Source: Candidatus Aenigmatarchaeota archaeon (GTDB taxonomy: Archaea > EX4484-52). Taken from it: DNA of 31,861 nucleotides. Location: assembly GCA_023137195.1 (NCBI GenBank), contig JAGLPV010000007.1:1-31861 (forward strand), in the 5' to 3' direction. The notes below the pieces were generated by a model, which saw only the letters and a list, made by a program, of their open reading frames with translations, was not told the origin of the DNA and searched no databases. Within the stretch, counting starts at the first letter, position 1. Every line of letters begins with the position of its first letter. The translations under genes and the position numbers were made by a program. This document shows, in pieces, positions 1-8,120 of this stretch.

Positions 1-347
1 GCGACGAGTTCGCAAGAAGAATATCAAGACAGACAGTAGGTGTCGGTCTAATGCAGAACGCAAAATACAACGACGGAAAACCATGGTTCGTCCACTTCCG
101 CCCCCCTCACCATTCCCCTCACAAGATTACAGACGAGATGCTCGACCTCTACGACAAGTACTCCAGGAGTCTGGAGGAAATGGAAGGCCAGATAAAGGCA
201 TTCAGAAATCAGAAAAAAGACGTATCCAACATGGAAATTGAACTAAAACTTGCAAAGACCAAGCTGAAGCAGGCAAGATTCAAGATGTGCGAGATATACA
301 TTGAATCCCTTAGGAAGGAGATTAAACGGTTTGGAGAACACAAATAA
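1..347 (+). CDS. C-terminal part of a gene entering from the left edge; possibly a HerA/FtsK-like (DUF87) ATPase tail
   Basis: Frame is open from position 3 (DEFARRISRQTVGVGLMQNAKYNDGKPWFVHFRP...) to TAA at 345-347 and ends in a coiled-coil tail. The family guess is recalled resemblance only; no P-loop lies in the window. Confidence 0.45.
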   Translation, partial: DEFARRISRQTVGVGLMQNAKYNDGKPWFVHFRPPHHSPHKITDEMLDLYDKYSRSLEEMEGQIKAFRNQKKDVSNMEIELKLAKTKLKQARFKMCEIYIESLRKEIKRFGEHK

Positions 348-376
348 AGAGGTTTATTTACTAATAGTATCGATAT

Positions 377-510
377 ATGCGAAAGCAGAGCTTTTTTGCA
401 CATTCAACTTTGTTGAACGACACACAAGAACATAGAAAAAAAATAAACAGCTTCCTGTGGGTTCCGTGCGTTCTGTGGATTAAATCACTTCCCCACACAT
501 TCCTGTGGAT
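377..510. repeat. Modular palindromic (REP/MITE-like) intergenic element, copy 1
   Basis: Hairpins AAAGC-AGA-GCTTT and TTCAAC-TTT-GTTGAA plus CTGTGGGTTCCGTGCG...CTGTGGATT; the same modules recur at 10101-10283. Confidence 0.75.
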
Positions 511-1616
511 TAAAAGCACAACTCAATAATATCCTTATGATGAAGCTTATATTTCAGACTAAGTTTTTGCCCTTCATACCTGGAAGAACCCCACACCTTC
601 GCAAAAGCAGTTTTAGCGGCAAAGTCCTTATGTATCTTCATACATGCATCAAGAATCGTCCCCCCTTGTTTCAATATAAGTGGATTTTCCATATCCGGCT
701 TTTTATTAGTCTTTTTCGTGTATATCGCCATCAAATTCAACCGGGAAAAAATCAAGGATTTTAATTCCTCCAGATTCTCTTTTTGCGCACTGACAAAAAC
801 ATAATTCTCAGGATCAACAGCATTTTCCAAAATCTTTTTTTTTGCAATCAGGTATTCTTCCATGCTCACAGTATCAATTTTATTAAACACAGATATTGCC
901 CCTGCATAAGTCTTGTTGCCAAGAATCGCATCATTAATCTGTTCAACATCAACAGTATCAAACAATATTATTTCCGCATTCACCAGCTTATGCACCCTTA
1001 AAATCTCAGCAATAGTCTTTCTTGTCAATTTTTGCTTGACAGTTGATTTTACAATAATCCCGTTTTTAATCGTCTTTCTGATACTTATCTCAGGAGGGCT
1101 TTTATTAAGAACAATGCCAACTTTTGAAAGTTCATCTGCAATTATGTCCCTGGACTGCGGTTTTTTGATGTCACAGACAATAAGCATAAGGTTCGCATTT
1201 CTTGCCGCCGAAAGCACCTCTTTACCTCTCCCTGTTCCCGATGCAGCCCCTTCCAGTATCCCGGGAAGGTCAATGACCTGTATGCGTGCACCTTCATATT
1301 TCAGCATCCCCTGTATTGCAAAAAGCGTTGTAAATTCATAATCCGCAGTTTCAGAGTGCGCATTTGTCAGCTTGTTCAAAAGAGTGGACTTTCCGACAGA
1401 CGGATTTCCTATCAAAACACACGTCGCATCCCCCTTTTTCCGCAAAGAATACCCGTAAGCAGATATCCCGCTCTTCTTAGTCTTCCGGAGTTCCTGCTGG
1501 CTTTTCAACAAAGAAATCTGCGTCTTTATCTTCGCAAGGTCAGTTTCCGTCCCCTTGTTCTTTGGTGTCTTGGCAAGCTTTTCTTCCAACTCTTCAATTC
1601 TCTCTATTACTGTCAT
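510..1616 (-). CDS. DRG/OBG-family GTP-binding protein with C-terminal TGS domain
   Basis: G1 GNPSVGKS, G2 YEFTT, G3 DLPG, G4 NKID and a TGS-like tail (IHKDF...AKVWGSS...HKDIIEL). ATG at 1616 is preferred over the ORF-track start at 1640. Confidence 0.93.
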   Translation of the reverse strand: MTVIERIEELEEKLAKTPKNKGTETDLAKIKTQISLLKSQQELRKTKKSGISAYGYSLRKKGDATCVLIGNPSVGKSTLLNKLTNAHSETADYEFTTLFAIQGMLKYEGARIQVIDLPGILEGAASGTGRGKEVLSAARNANLMLIVCDIKKPQSRDIIADELSKVGIVLNKSPPEISIRKTIKNGIIVKSTVKQKLTRKTIAEILRVHKLVNAEIILFDTVDVEQINDAILGNKTYAGAISVFNKIDTVSMEEYLIAKKKILENAVDPENYVFVSAQKENLEELKSLIFSRLNLMAIYTKKTNKKPDMENPLILKQGGTILDACMKIHKDFAAKTAFAKVWGSSRYEGQKLSLKYKLHHKDIIELCF

Positions 1617-2709
1617 ATTCTTCCTTATACATTTGTCCAATCAATGGATTTTCAATAATAATTATGTTTTCATCATTATAAAAATATCCGCTTTGTGTAG
1701 GATTCATGGAACCTGTTATCGTAATAATCTCATCTATCACAAAAAATTTATGGTGCATAAAAGCAGGATTTGAATCTTTATAGATATAAATATTGCTGTT
1801 GTTTTGGTTTTTCATCTCATCAAATACAGAATATTTCGAACCAGCCTGTGTTTTGTCAAAAAGCCCGTATATTTTGACTCCTCTTTTTGTAGCATTCAGA
1901 AGCGCATCCCTTGTATTGGCTTCAGTAAAACTAAAGGTGCAAAAATAAATACTGCTGTTTGCACGGTTAATAGTGTCAATTACATGCTTTTTGCAGTTGT
2001 CCTCAGGGCAGAAATAATTCTCTATTTTCACATTTCCATACCCTGTATTTTCCAGTTCCACAACAGGAACACTCACAGCTTGGCTGTCCCTGTCTCCAAA
2101 TTCATCGTTCTGCATTTCATAAAATTCTTCCATGTAATTTTTGGCAAGGTACTCTGAAGTTATTACAAGCATGTTATTATTGTTTTGATGTGCTCCTCTG
2201 TCCGTAGGATTAAACGAACCGGTAAAAACCGTTTTATTGTCAATCACGCAGAATTTATCATGCATCAGATTATTGTATTTTCCTGTGCTTCTTTTTTCGT
2301 CTGTCTTTATGTTTTCTCCCAGTATTTGCCCAAGTTCATCATATTTTGAATTCTTGTTTTGGGCAGTATGGTCATCTATTATTATTTTTACATCAATTCC
2401 TTCTTTTTTTGCTTTTCCTATAGTTTCAGCAAGCGAGTCAAGTTTAACATCATAAAAAGCGCAATATACAGATTCATTTGCAGATTTTATCAAATCATTC
2501 AGATGCTCCTCACAGTTGTCTTTCGGGCAAAAATAGATGCTGATGTTCCCTTTTTCCTTTACTACATCAAAGGCAACAACATTTTTTGCATTTTCCGTCA
2601 AATGATTTATGCGTATAGTTAGCTCATTTTCAATATTGAAATAAAGAGCAATTACAATGATAAAAAATATTGCTATCGGACCGGCAAATTCTTTTAATTT
2701 TTGATTCAT
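1594..2709 (-). CDS. Membrane-anchored phospholipase D-family protein (two HKD domains)
   Basis: HDKFCVID...TGSFN and HHKFFVID...TGSMN motifs, duplicated YFCPxDNC, N-terminal hydrophobic helix. Confidence 0.9.
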   Translation of the reverse strand: MNQKLKEFAGPIAIFFIIVIALYFNIENELTIRINHLTENAKNVVAFDVVKEKGNISIYFCPKDNCEEHLNDLIKSANESVYCAFYDVKLDSLAETIGKAKKEGIDVKIIIDDHTAQNKNSKYDELGQILGENIKTDEKRSTGKYNNLMHDKFCVIDNKTVFTGSFNPTDRGAHQNNNNMLVITSEYLAKNYMEEFYEMQNDEFGDRDSQAVSVPVVELENTGYGNVKIENYFCPEDNCKKHVIDTINRANSSIYFCTFSFTEANTRDALLNATKRGVKIYGLFDKTQAGSKYSVFDEMKNQNNSNIYIYKDSNPAFMHHKFFVIDEIITITGSMNPTQSGYFYNDENIIIIENPLIGQMYKEEYDSNREN

Positions 2710-2799
2710 AATACAGATATGTCTTTAAATTTTAGTAATAAAAAGGTTCTGATGTATACGATTAAGAGAAGTTTTCGAAGAAAAAAAGTTGAGAGAATG

Positions 2800-2890
2800 A
2801 AGAGTGAGCTTAGCGAACGACGAATAAACTCTTTAAGTCCTGTTGAGTTCGTTCCCCATACGAAGTGCGAGAAACATGCATCTGCAGAGT
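2800..2890. repeat. Short palindromic intergenic element
   Basis: AAGAGT...ACTCTT stem enclosing GTGAGC-TTA-GCGAAC; the same AGTGAGC...AGCGAAC frame occurs at 7019-7074. Confidence 0.45.
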
Positions 2891-2913
2891 TAAATATTCA
2901 TTTCGTTGAGCAT

Positions 2914-3099
2914 CTATTTATCCGGTAAATTCCAATAAATCGGGATTGTTAATATCAACATTGCCATAAATAACATAAACCATTTTGCAAAATCCGTTTG
3001 CATGATATATGCTTGTTCAAACCACTTATTTGCAACAAAAGCTATCAACAGTGCACCAGATAAAGATACTGCTTTTAGATATTTATTCCAGTCTACCAT
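2914..3099 (-). CDS. Small two-TM membrane protein (61 aa), unknown function
   Basis: Two hydrophobic segments; TATA-like TTTAAAT about 22 nt upstream of the ATG. Confidence 0.65.
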   Translation of the reverse strand: MVDWNKYLKAVSLSGALLIAFVANKWFEQAYIMQTDFAKWFMLFMAMLILTIPIYWNLPDK

Positions 3100-3249
3100 T
3101 CTTATAGATAAATTAATTAGATTTAAATAACTTTTAAGGAAATGAAAATTTTATTGAATATAATAACAATCAACCAAATCGTTTTTCGCCCAATACAGCA
3201 TTACAACACAAAAAACCAAAACATTATTTGCCCACAAAATAAATCAATA

Positions 3250-4014
3250 TCAAATATTAAAAATAATAATCTTCAACTGTTCAATAAGATTCTCTTTAGG
3301 AACATCCTCATCAACTATCTTATAAGCAAGCGTTTTCATTCTTCTGGATGGAGTCAGATGAGGATCGCTTTCCACAATAGGCTTTTTCTTATACACAGAC
3401 CGCCTTATCTTGTGATGATATGGTATTTCGCATACAACAGGCAGACCGACATATTCTTCAACATAATTTTTGTCATGCTCGTCCTTTTCCCCGCGAACCT
3501 TATTCAAAACAACACCGACAATATCCTTTTCCTTTAATTCAAGAAGTTTTTTTGTATGAAGCGCATTCACAAGAGAAGCAGGATCAGGGTTCGTAATAAT
3601 AACAGATACATCAGATGAATTTATCGCCGCCTGAACCTCCTCGCCAAGTCCTGCCGCAGCATCAATCAAAATCACATCATAATCCCCGAGCAGTTCGAAA
3701 ATATGACTCTTCAAATCAAACTCTTTCTCGTCAAATTTGAGTTTTGACAACGATGCAGGAATTATTGAAAAACCAAGAGGGTGTCTGTATATTGCCTGTG
3801 TAATAAATGCCTTTTCCTCAAGAACATCATTTAATGTCGTAAGGTCGTCTCCTGCTTCAATCCCAAGGTGAATATGCAGGTTTGAACCGGTCACATTCCC
3901 GTCAATAACCAGCACTTTTTTTCCCACCTGCACAAAACTAGCACTTAAATTAGAAACAAGAGTTGTTTTTCCAACCCCGCCTTTTCCCGATACAACAGAA
4001 AGAATCCTCGTCAT
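3250..4014 (-). CDS. minD: MinD/ParA-family ATPase (archaeal MinD-like)
   Basis: Deviant Walker A SGKGGVGKTT, VLVIDG, ILIDAAAG, GVVLNKV. Confidence 0.88.
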   Translation of the reverse strand: MTRILSVVSGKGGVGKTTLVSNLSASFVQVGKKVLVIDGNVTGSNLHIHLGIEAGDDLTTLNDVLEEKAFITQAIYRHPLGFSIIPASLSKLKFDEKEFDLKSHIFELLGDYDVILIDAAAGLGEEVQAAINSSDVSVIITNPDPASLVNALHTKKLLELKEKDIVGVVLNKVRGEKDEHDKNYVEEYVGLPVVCEIPYHHKIRRSVYKKKPIVESDPHLTPSRRMKTLAYKIVDEDVPKENLIEQLKIIIFNI

Positions 4015-4099
4015 GATACATATAGGTCTAATAAATATTTAAATATTATGCATTTTACAAGAGCAATAAACTTTAAATGATAGTTATCCAATTAATCTT

Positions 4100-5173
4100 A
4101 TGCTGTCCAAAAACAATATCAAAGAATGCATCTCTTCATTAAAAAAGCAACTAAAACCACAGGAGAAAGGAGACATCGTTTTTTTCAGGAACAGGGAAAA
4201 TTACAAACCATATAAAATAAGCAGTGATTATTTTCACCCAATAAAATCTCAGAATAGCCCAAAAAACAGGAAAATCGCATTCATTGACGGCGGCAACAAC
4301 ACAATCATCTCCGCCCCGAATTTCTGCGTTGTTCTGAACCGCCTGCATTTTTGCCTTTACCAGAACAACATACGCCTCAAGCCAAAAATAGAAGATACAA
4401 TTGACTTCATATCAGTATGCAGTTCAATTGTAGAAAACAACGAGATTTATTTTACTGTTGAAGTTTTATCAGACAGCAACATGCTAAAAGAACTAAAAAA
4501 AACAATAAAGATTTCCTCTGTTGACAAATCAATCAGTTCAGGACTCTACAGGGCAAAAATAAGCAAAGTAAGCGACGTTGCAAGAAAATACGCAGAATGG
4601 ATCTATGCAAAAGAAATCGCAAAAAACCAGCTCGATACAGGAGACATAATCATAAGAGACGGCACTCTTGAAGCCCGTTTTGTAGGTGAATCGGATTTTG
4701 CCGATATTGCATACAATGCATGCACAGAAAAAAACATAATATTTGCAGGCATTGCAAAAACAACAACGCTTTTTACAAACACAGGAGCAAATTTTGCATC
4801 TGTTCTCAACTCTTATTCTCCAAAGAACCAGACCTGGTATTATCTCCCTGTAGTTGACATCAACTCAAAATACCACAGGGCTAAAATGATTTTCTCAAAA
4901 CTCCACAAAAGAGCAAACCGCATATTAAGAGCAGACATATTCAACGGTTCAAAATGCGATATCGATGAATTTTTTTATCTGCTTTCGGATAATTCCAAAG
5001 ACCCGTGCTTTTTCGGCTACCCTTACGGTCTTATTGAAGCACATAAGATGGCCCTGGTTTCAGGCAAGGAATTACAGTATTACAAAACAATGGCGACCGC
5101 TTACTTGGATAAATCTGCTTTTGCCGATATAAGTGCTCAGGACGGGCATGATGAATTAGACAGAGCAATTTAA
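4100..5173 (+). CDS. nurA: NurA-family 5'-3' nuclease
   Basis: IAFIDGG, IIRDGTL, GIAKT and GYPYGLIEAH motifs of the NurA RNase H-like fold. Confidence 0.82.
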   Translation: MLSKNNIKECISSLKKQLKPQEKGDIVFFRNRENYKPYKISSDYFHPIKSQNSPKNRKIAFIDGGNNTIISAPNFCVVLNRLHFCLYQNNIRLKPKIEDTIDFISVCSSIVENNEIYFTVEVLSDSNMLKELKKTIKISSVDKSISSGLYRAKISKVSDVARKYAEWIYAKEIAKNQLDTGDIIIRDGTLEARFVGESDFADIAYNACTEKNIIFAGIAKTTTLFTNTGANFASVLNSYSPKNQTWYYLPVVDINSKYHRAKMIFSKLHKRANRILRADIFNGSKCDIDEFFYLLSDNSKDPCFFGYPYGLIEAHKMALVSGKELQYYKTMATAYLDKSAFADISAQDGHDELDRAI

Positions 5174-5919
5174 AAATCAGCATTTTCTTCCATCATATTC
5201 TCAGCATACTCTTTAATTTTTGACTCTTTATCCGTATTATTCTTTATCTCCTCAAATGTAGGCGCAAGCCCGCATGAAAGACTCCCTTCCGTACAATATC
5301 CTCTCTGCATGCATGAAGCCCCAGCTTTTTCAAACACAACCGGAGCTCTTTCCTTCACAAGTTTCAGCATTTTATAAGAAAGCTCATGTATTTCCCACTG
5401 GGCGCGTCGACAACACCTAAGCGCAAAAAAATTCATCAGAGCCCGCGCATTCATCGTTATCATAAGATTTGTTTTAGCAGCATTAGGAAAACAAAATCTG
5501 GCATCTTCCGGTGCAATCCCCATATCCAGTAAGGTCTGGTATGCCTCTGCTGATTTTTCAATCACATCATCAAACACCTGTTTTGCTTCTTCATTTTTTT
5601 TTATTTTTGGCGGAACCACGACATTAAGTTCATCAAATTTCACATACCTCTGACTTTGCTGAGTATAAGAAGCAATCCTGTGCCTTACCAGTTCATGGGA
5701 ACACACCCTCGAAACACCTTCTATGGAAAAAGTAAAATTACTGTGCTCAATTACAGAATGATGACCATAAGCAACAACCCTCTTGATAAAATCATCTGTC
5801 TGCTCTTTTGTCTTTGCCTGGTTCAACTCGTGAGCACTTTTCTTAGAACAGGACGTAAATGCAGCAACCCCGGGCATCTTATCGCAGTCAATTGTATAAG
5901 AAATTAAATCTACTTTCAT
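5170..5919 (-). CDS. thyX: FAD-dependent thymidylate synthase
   Basis: ThyX motif RHRIASYTQQSQRY, plus GHHSVIEH and AQWEI. ATG at 5919 follows GAGGGG; alternative ATG at 5931. Confidence 0.95.
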   Translation of the reverse strand: MKVDLISYTIDCDKMPGVAAFTSCSKKSAHELNQAKTKEQTDDFIKRVVAYGHHSVIEHSNFTFSIEGVSRVCSHELVRHRIASYTQQSQRYVKFDELNVVVPPKIKKNEEAKQVFDDVIEKSAEAYQTLLDMGIAPEDARFCFPNAAKTNLMITMNARALMNFFALRCCRRAQWEIHELSYKMLKLVKERAPVVFEKAGASCMQRGYCTEGSLSCGLAPTFEEIKNNTDKESKIKEYAENMMEENADF

Positions 5920-5947
5920 ATTACCCCTCATACACTCAATATAAGAT

Positions 5948-5958
5948 ATATTTAAAAA
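5948..5958. promoter_or_regulatory. Putative shared TATA box between divergent thyX and epimerase genes
   Basis: ATATTTAAAAA, containing palindromic TTTAAA, lies 20-30 nt from both start codons in a gap of about 60 bp. Confidence 0.5.
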
Positions 5959-5979
5959 TTATTGCCCCAAATAGTATTT

Positions 5980-6945
5980 ATGAAAAAAGTAATAGTTACA
6001 GGAACAGCAGGCTTTATTGGCTTCCATCTGGCAAATAAACTCCTAAAACAGGGTTATGAAATCGTCGGAATCGACAATCTCAACGACTATTACGATGTAA
6101 ACTTAAAAGAAGCAAGAAACAAAATCCTAAAGGAGCACAAAAATTATAATTTCAAAAAAATAGATATCTCTGAATATGACAAATTATTTTCAGAATGCAG
6201 CAACCATAAAGTCGACATGATAGTCCATCTTGCAGCCCAGGCAGGAGTAAGGCATTCAATAGAAAATCCTCATGTTTACGGAAAATACAACCTCAATGGA
6301 ACCTTAAATATTTTTGAAGTCGCAAGGCACCAGAAAATACCAAAGATAGTATATGCCTCAAGTTCCTCGGTTTATGGAGGAAATACAATAGTTCCTTTCA
6401 GCGAAAGCCACAATGTAGACAAGCCCGTTTCACTCTACGCCGCAACAAAAAAAGCAAACGAACTAAAGGCGCATGCATATTCTCATCTATATGGCATCAA
6501 TATGACCGGACTGAGATTTTTTACAGTTTACGGACCGTATGGTCGCCCGGATATGGCAGCATACATGTTTGTCAAAAACATATTAGAAGACAAGCCCATA
6601 AAAATATTCAACCAGGGAGATATGGAAAGGGACTTTACCTATGTTGACGATATTGTTAACGGGATAATCTCTGCAATGGACAAAGACTTCAAATACGAAA
6701 TATTCAATCTGGGAAATTCAAACCCGGAAAAACTGATGGATTTCGTGGGAATTCTGGAAAAGCATTGCGGGAAAAAAGCAATAAAAGAATTTCATCCGAT
6801 GCAGGCAGGAGATGTCAAAAAAACACACGCTTGTCTGAAAAAGACAAAAGAAATGCTCGGTTGGGAGCCAACAACCAATATTGACGAAGGTTTAAAAAAT
6901 TTTATTGAGTGGTATAAAGAATATCATAATGTGAAAAAGCGATAG
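5980..6945 (+). CDS. NAD-dependent epimerase (UDP-glucuronate 4-epimerase-like extended SDR)
   Basis: TGTAGFIG, HLAAQAGVR, ASSSSVYG, YAATK, RFFTVYGPYGRPDMA; ATG at 5980. Confidence 0.92.
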   Translation: MKKVIVTGTAGFIGFHLANKLLKQGYEIVGIDNLNDYYDVNLKEARNKILKEHKNYNFKKIDISEYDKLFSECSNHKVDMIVHLAAQAGVRHSIENPHVYGKYNLNGTLNIFEVARHQKIPKIVYASSSSVYGGNTIVPFSESHNVDKPVSLYAATKKANELKAHAYSHLYGINMTGLRFFTVYGPYGRPDMAAYMFVKNILEDKPIKIFNQGDMERDFTYVDDIVNGIISAMDKDFKYEIFNLGNSNPEKLMDFVGILEKHCGKKAIKEFHPMQAGDVKKTHACLKKTKEMLGWEPTTNIDEGLKNFIEWYKEYHNVKKR

Positions 6946-7009
6946 TAGTCTAGTGGTATGATTTCGCCTTGCCAAGGCGGGGGCCCGGGTTCAATTCCCG
7001 GCTATCGCA
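6939..7009 (+). tRNA. tRNA-Gly (anticodon GCC), no intron, CCA not encoded
   Basis: Acceptor stem GCGATAG/CTATCGC plus discriminator A, D-loop TAGTGG, anticodon stem TCGCC/GGCGG with GCC at 6971-6973, T-loop GGTTCAATTCC. Confidence 0.96.
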
Positions 7010-7216
7010 TTAAAGGCGAGTGAGCAAAGAAATTTCCCGTAAATCTCGTAAGAAGTGGAAATTTCACAGCGAACCGACCTTTAACCTTGAAAAGCGCGAT
7101 AACACCTGCAAGCCCAGCGATTTTCATGGTATTTTTTCGTTGTGTTTATCGTAAGAAAACGAAAAAATAATCGTAAGCGTAAGAAAAAGAACTTTTGTGC
7201 ATCACACAAAAACCAT
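7010..7216 (+). repeat. Array of four tandem hairpins downstream of tRNA-Gly
   Basis: Stems TTAAAGG/CCTTTAA (enclosing GAAATTTCC/GGAAATTTC), CCTTGAAAA/TTTTCATGG, TATTTTTTCGT/ACGAAAAAATA and TTTTGTG/CACAAAA; CGTAAG is repeated. Confidence 0.6.
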
Positions 7217-7239
7217 AAAATAGTAATTTTCAAAAAGAT

Positions 7240-7345
7240 TTATAATAATCAAGTGCATATATTTAATATAAGTCCGTAGGAAATACGTAACAAACAAACG
7301 TTACGTATTTCTTACTGTTATTTTTATGAATCTAAGACGTTAGAC
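7240..7345 (-). mobile_element. Degenerate attC-like site with a central 16-bp inverted repeat
   Basis: Minus strand reads GTCTAAC, 5 nt, AGATTCAT, hairpin 7276-7315 (15/16 arm match, 8-nt loop), ATGCACT, 5 nt, ATTATAA (decayed GTTRRRY). Confidence 0.4.
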
Positions 7346-7409
7346 TACCTGTAACCAACAAACGTTACGATGATATTTTCACATCTTTTGATTAATTTTG
7401 TAACTATGA

Positions 7410-7811
7410 TTATTTTTTAATTTCTATTATATATATTTCCTCTTCGCCAATATTCTTTACTTCTGGCGTAAATGCTAATTTTTCTTTATCTTTTAAATCA
7501 TCTTTTATTTGATTAATAGTACTAGATCCAGATATATATCCACTTCCAGATTTTAGATTTTTCGACAACTTTAAAGCTCCACTCTTTTTACTTTTTGAAA
7601 ATATAAATCCGACAGAAATTTTTCCAACTACTCTTTTTATAAAAACGGTTACGTAATATTCTTTATTGGCAAGGTCATTACTTATTAAAAAGCTTTTATT
7701 AAATTTAACGTACTTAGCTTTACCTTTGGAAAATGATATTTCTGGTTTTCTTGCAACTCTTCCAGCGATTACTTGTGTCCATCCTTGTTCCGTAAGTAGT
7801 TTTTCATTCAT
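7410..7811 (-). CDS. Hypothetical basic beta-rich protein in a low-GC insert
   Basis: Clean ORF (ATG 7811; GTG 7820 alternative) in visibly AT-richer DNA; no motif recognised. Confidence 0.7.
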   Translation of the reverse strand: MNEKLLTEQGWTQVIAGRVARKPEISFSKGKAKYVKFNKSFLISNDLANKEYYVTVFIKRVVGKISVGFIFSKSKKSGALKLSKNLKSGSGYISGSSTINQIKDDLKDKEKLAFTPEVKNIGEEEIYIIEIKK

Positions 7812-8120
7812 AATTATCACATTTCTTTTTTATATACCTATTTACATTACTCATCTTTTTATACTTTTGCTTTTTTTACATTTTATCATTGTTATTTTAT
7901 TACTTACGCGCGCGCTTTAAACATATGTTCACAAGATTAATGATATGGTCTCATTTTTTCATCATATATAATATTGATTATAGGTTACATTTAAAAACAT
8001 ATAAGAATTTTCTATCTAACATACATCACACTTCTATATTTTAGTTCTATTCTATCGTCCATACTTTACTTACTCGTCTACAAACACAAAACATATAAAC
8101 CTCCCCTCCAAATCTACACC

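Noticed and set aside
2701-2928. 75-aa plus-strand ORF
   Set aside because: Runs through a promoter and a palindromic repeat and overlaps genes at both ends; no protein-like motif.
6990-7009. tRNA 3'-end duplication (attR) marking an integrated provirus
   Set aside because: I saw no second copy of the tRNA 3' end and no integrase in the window.
7270-7370. Possible CRISPR mini-array
   Set aside because: Only two short, unequal repeats; no cas genes or regular spacers.
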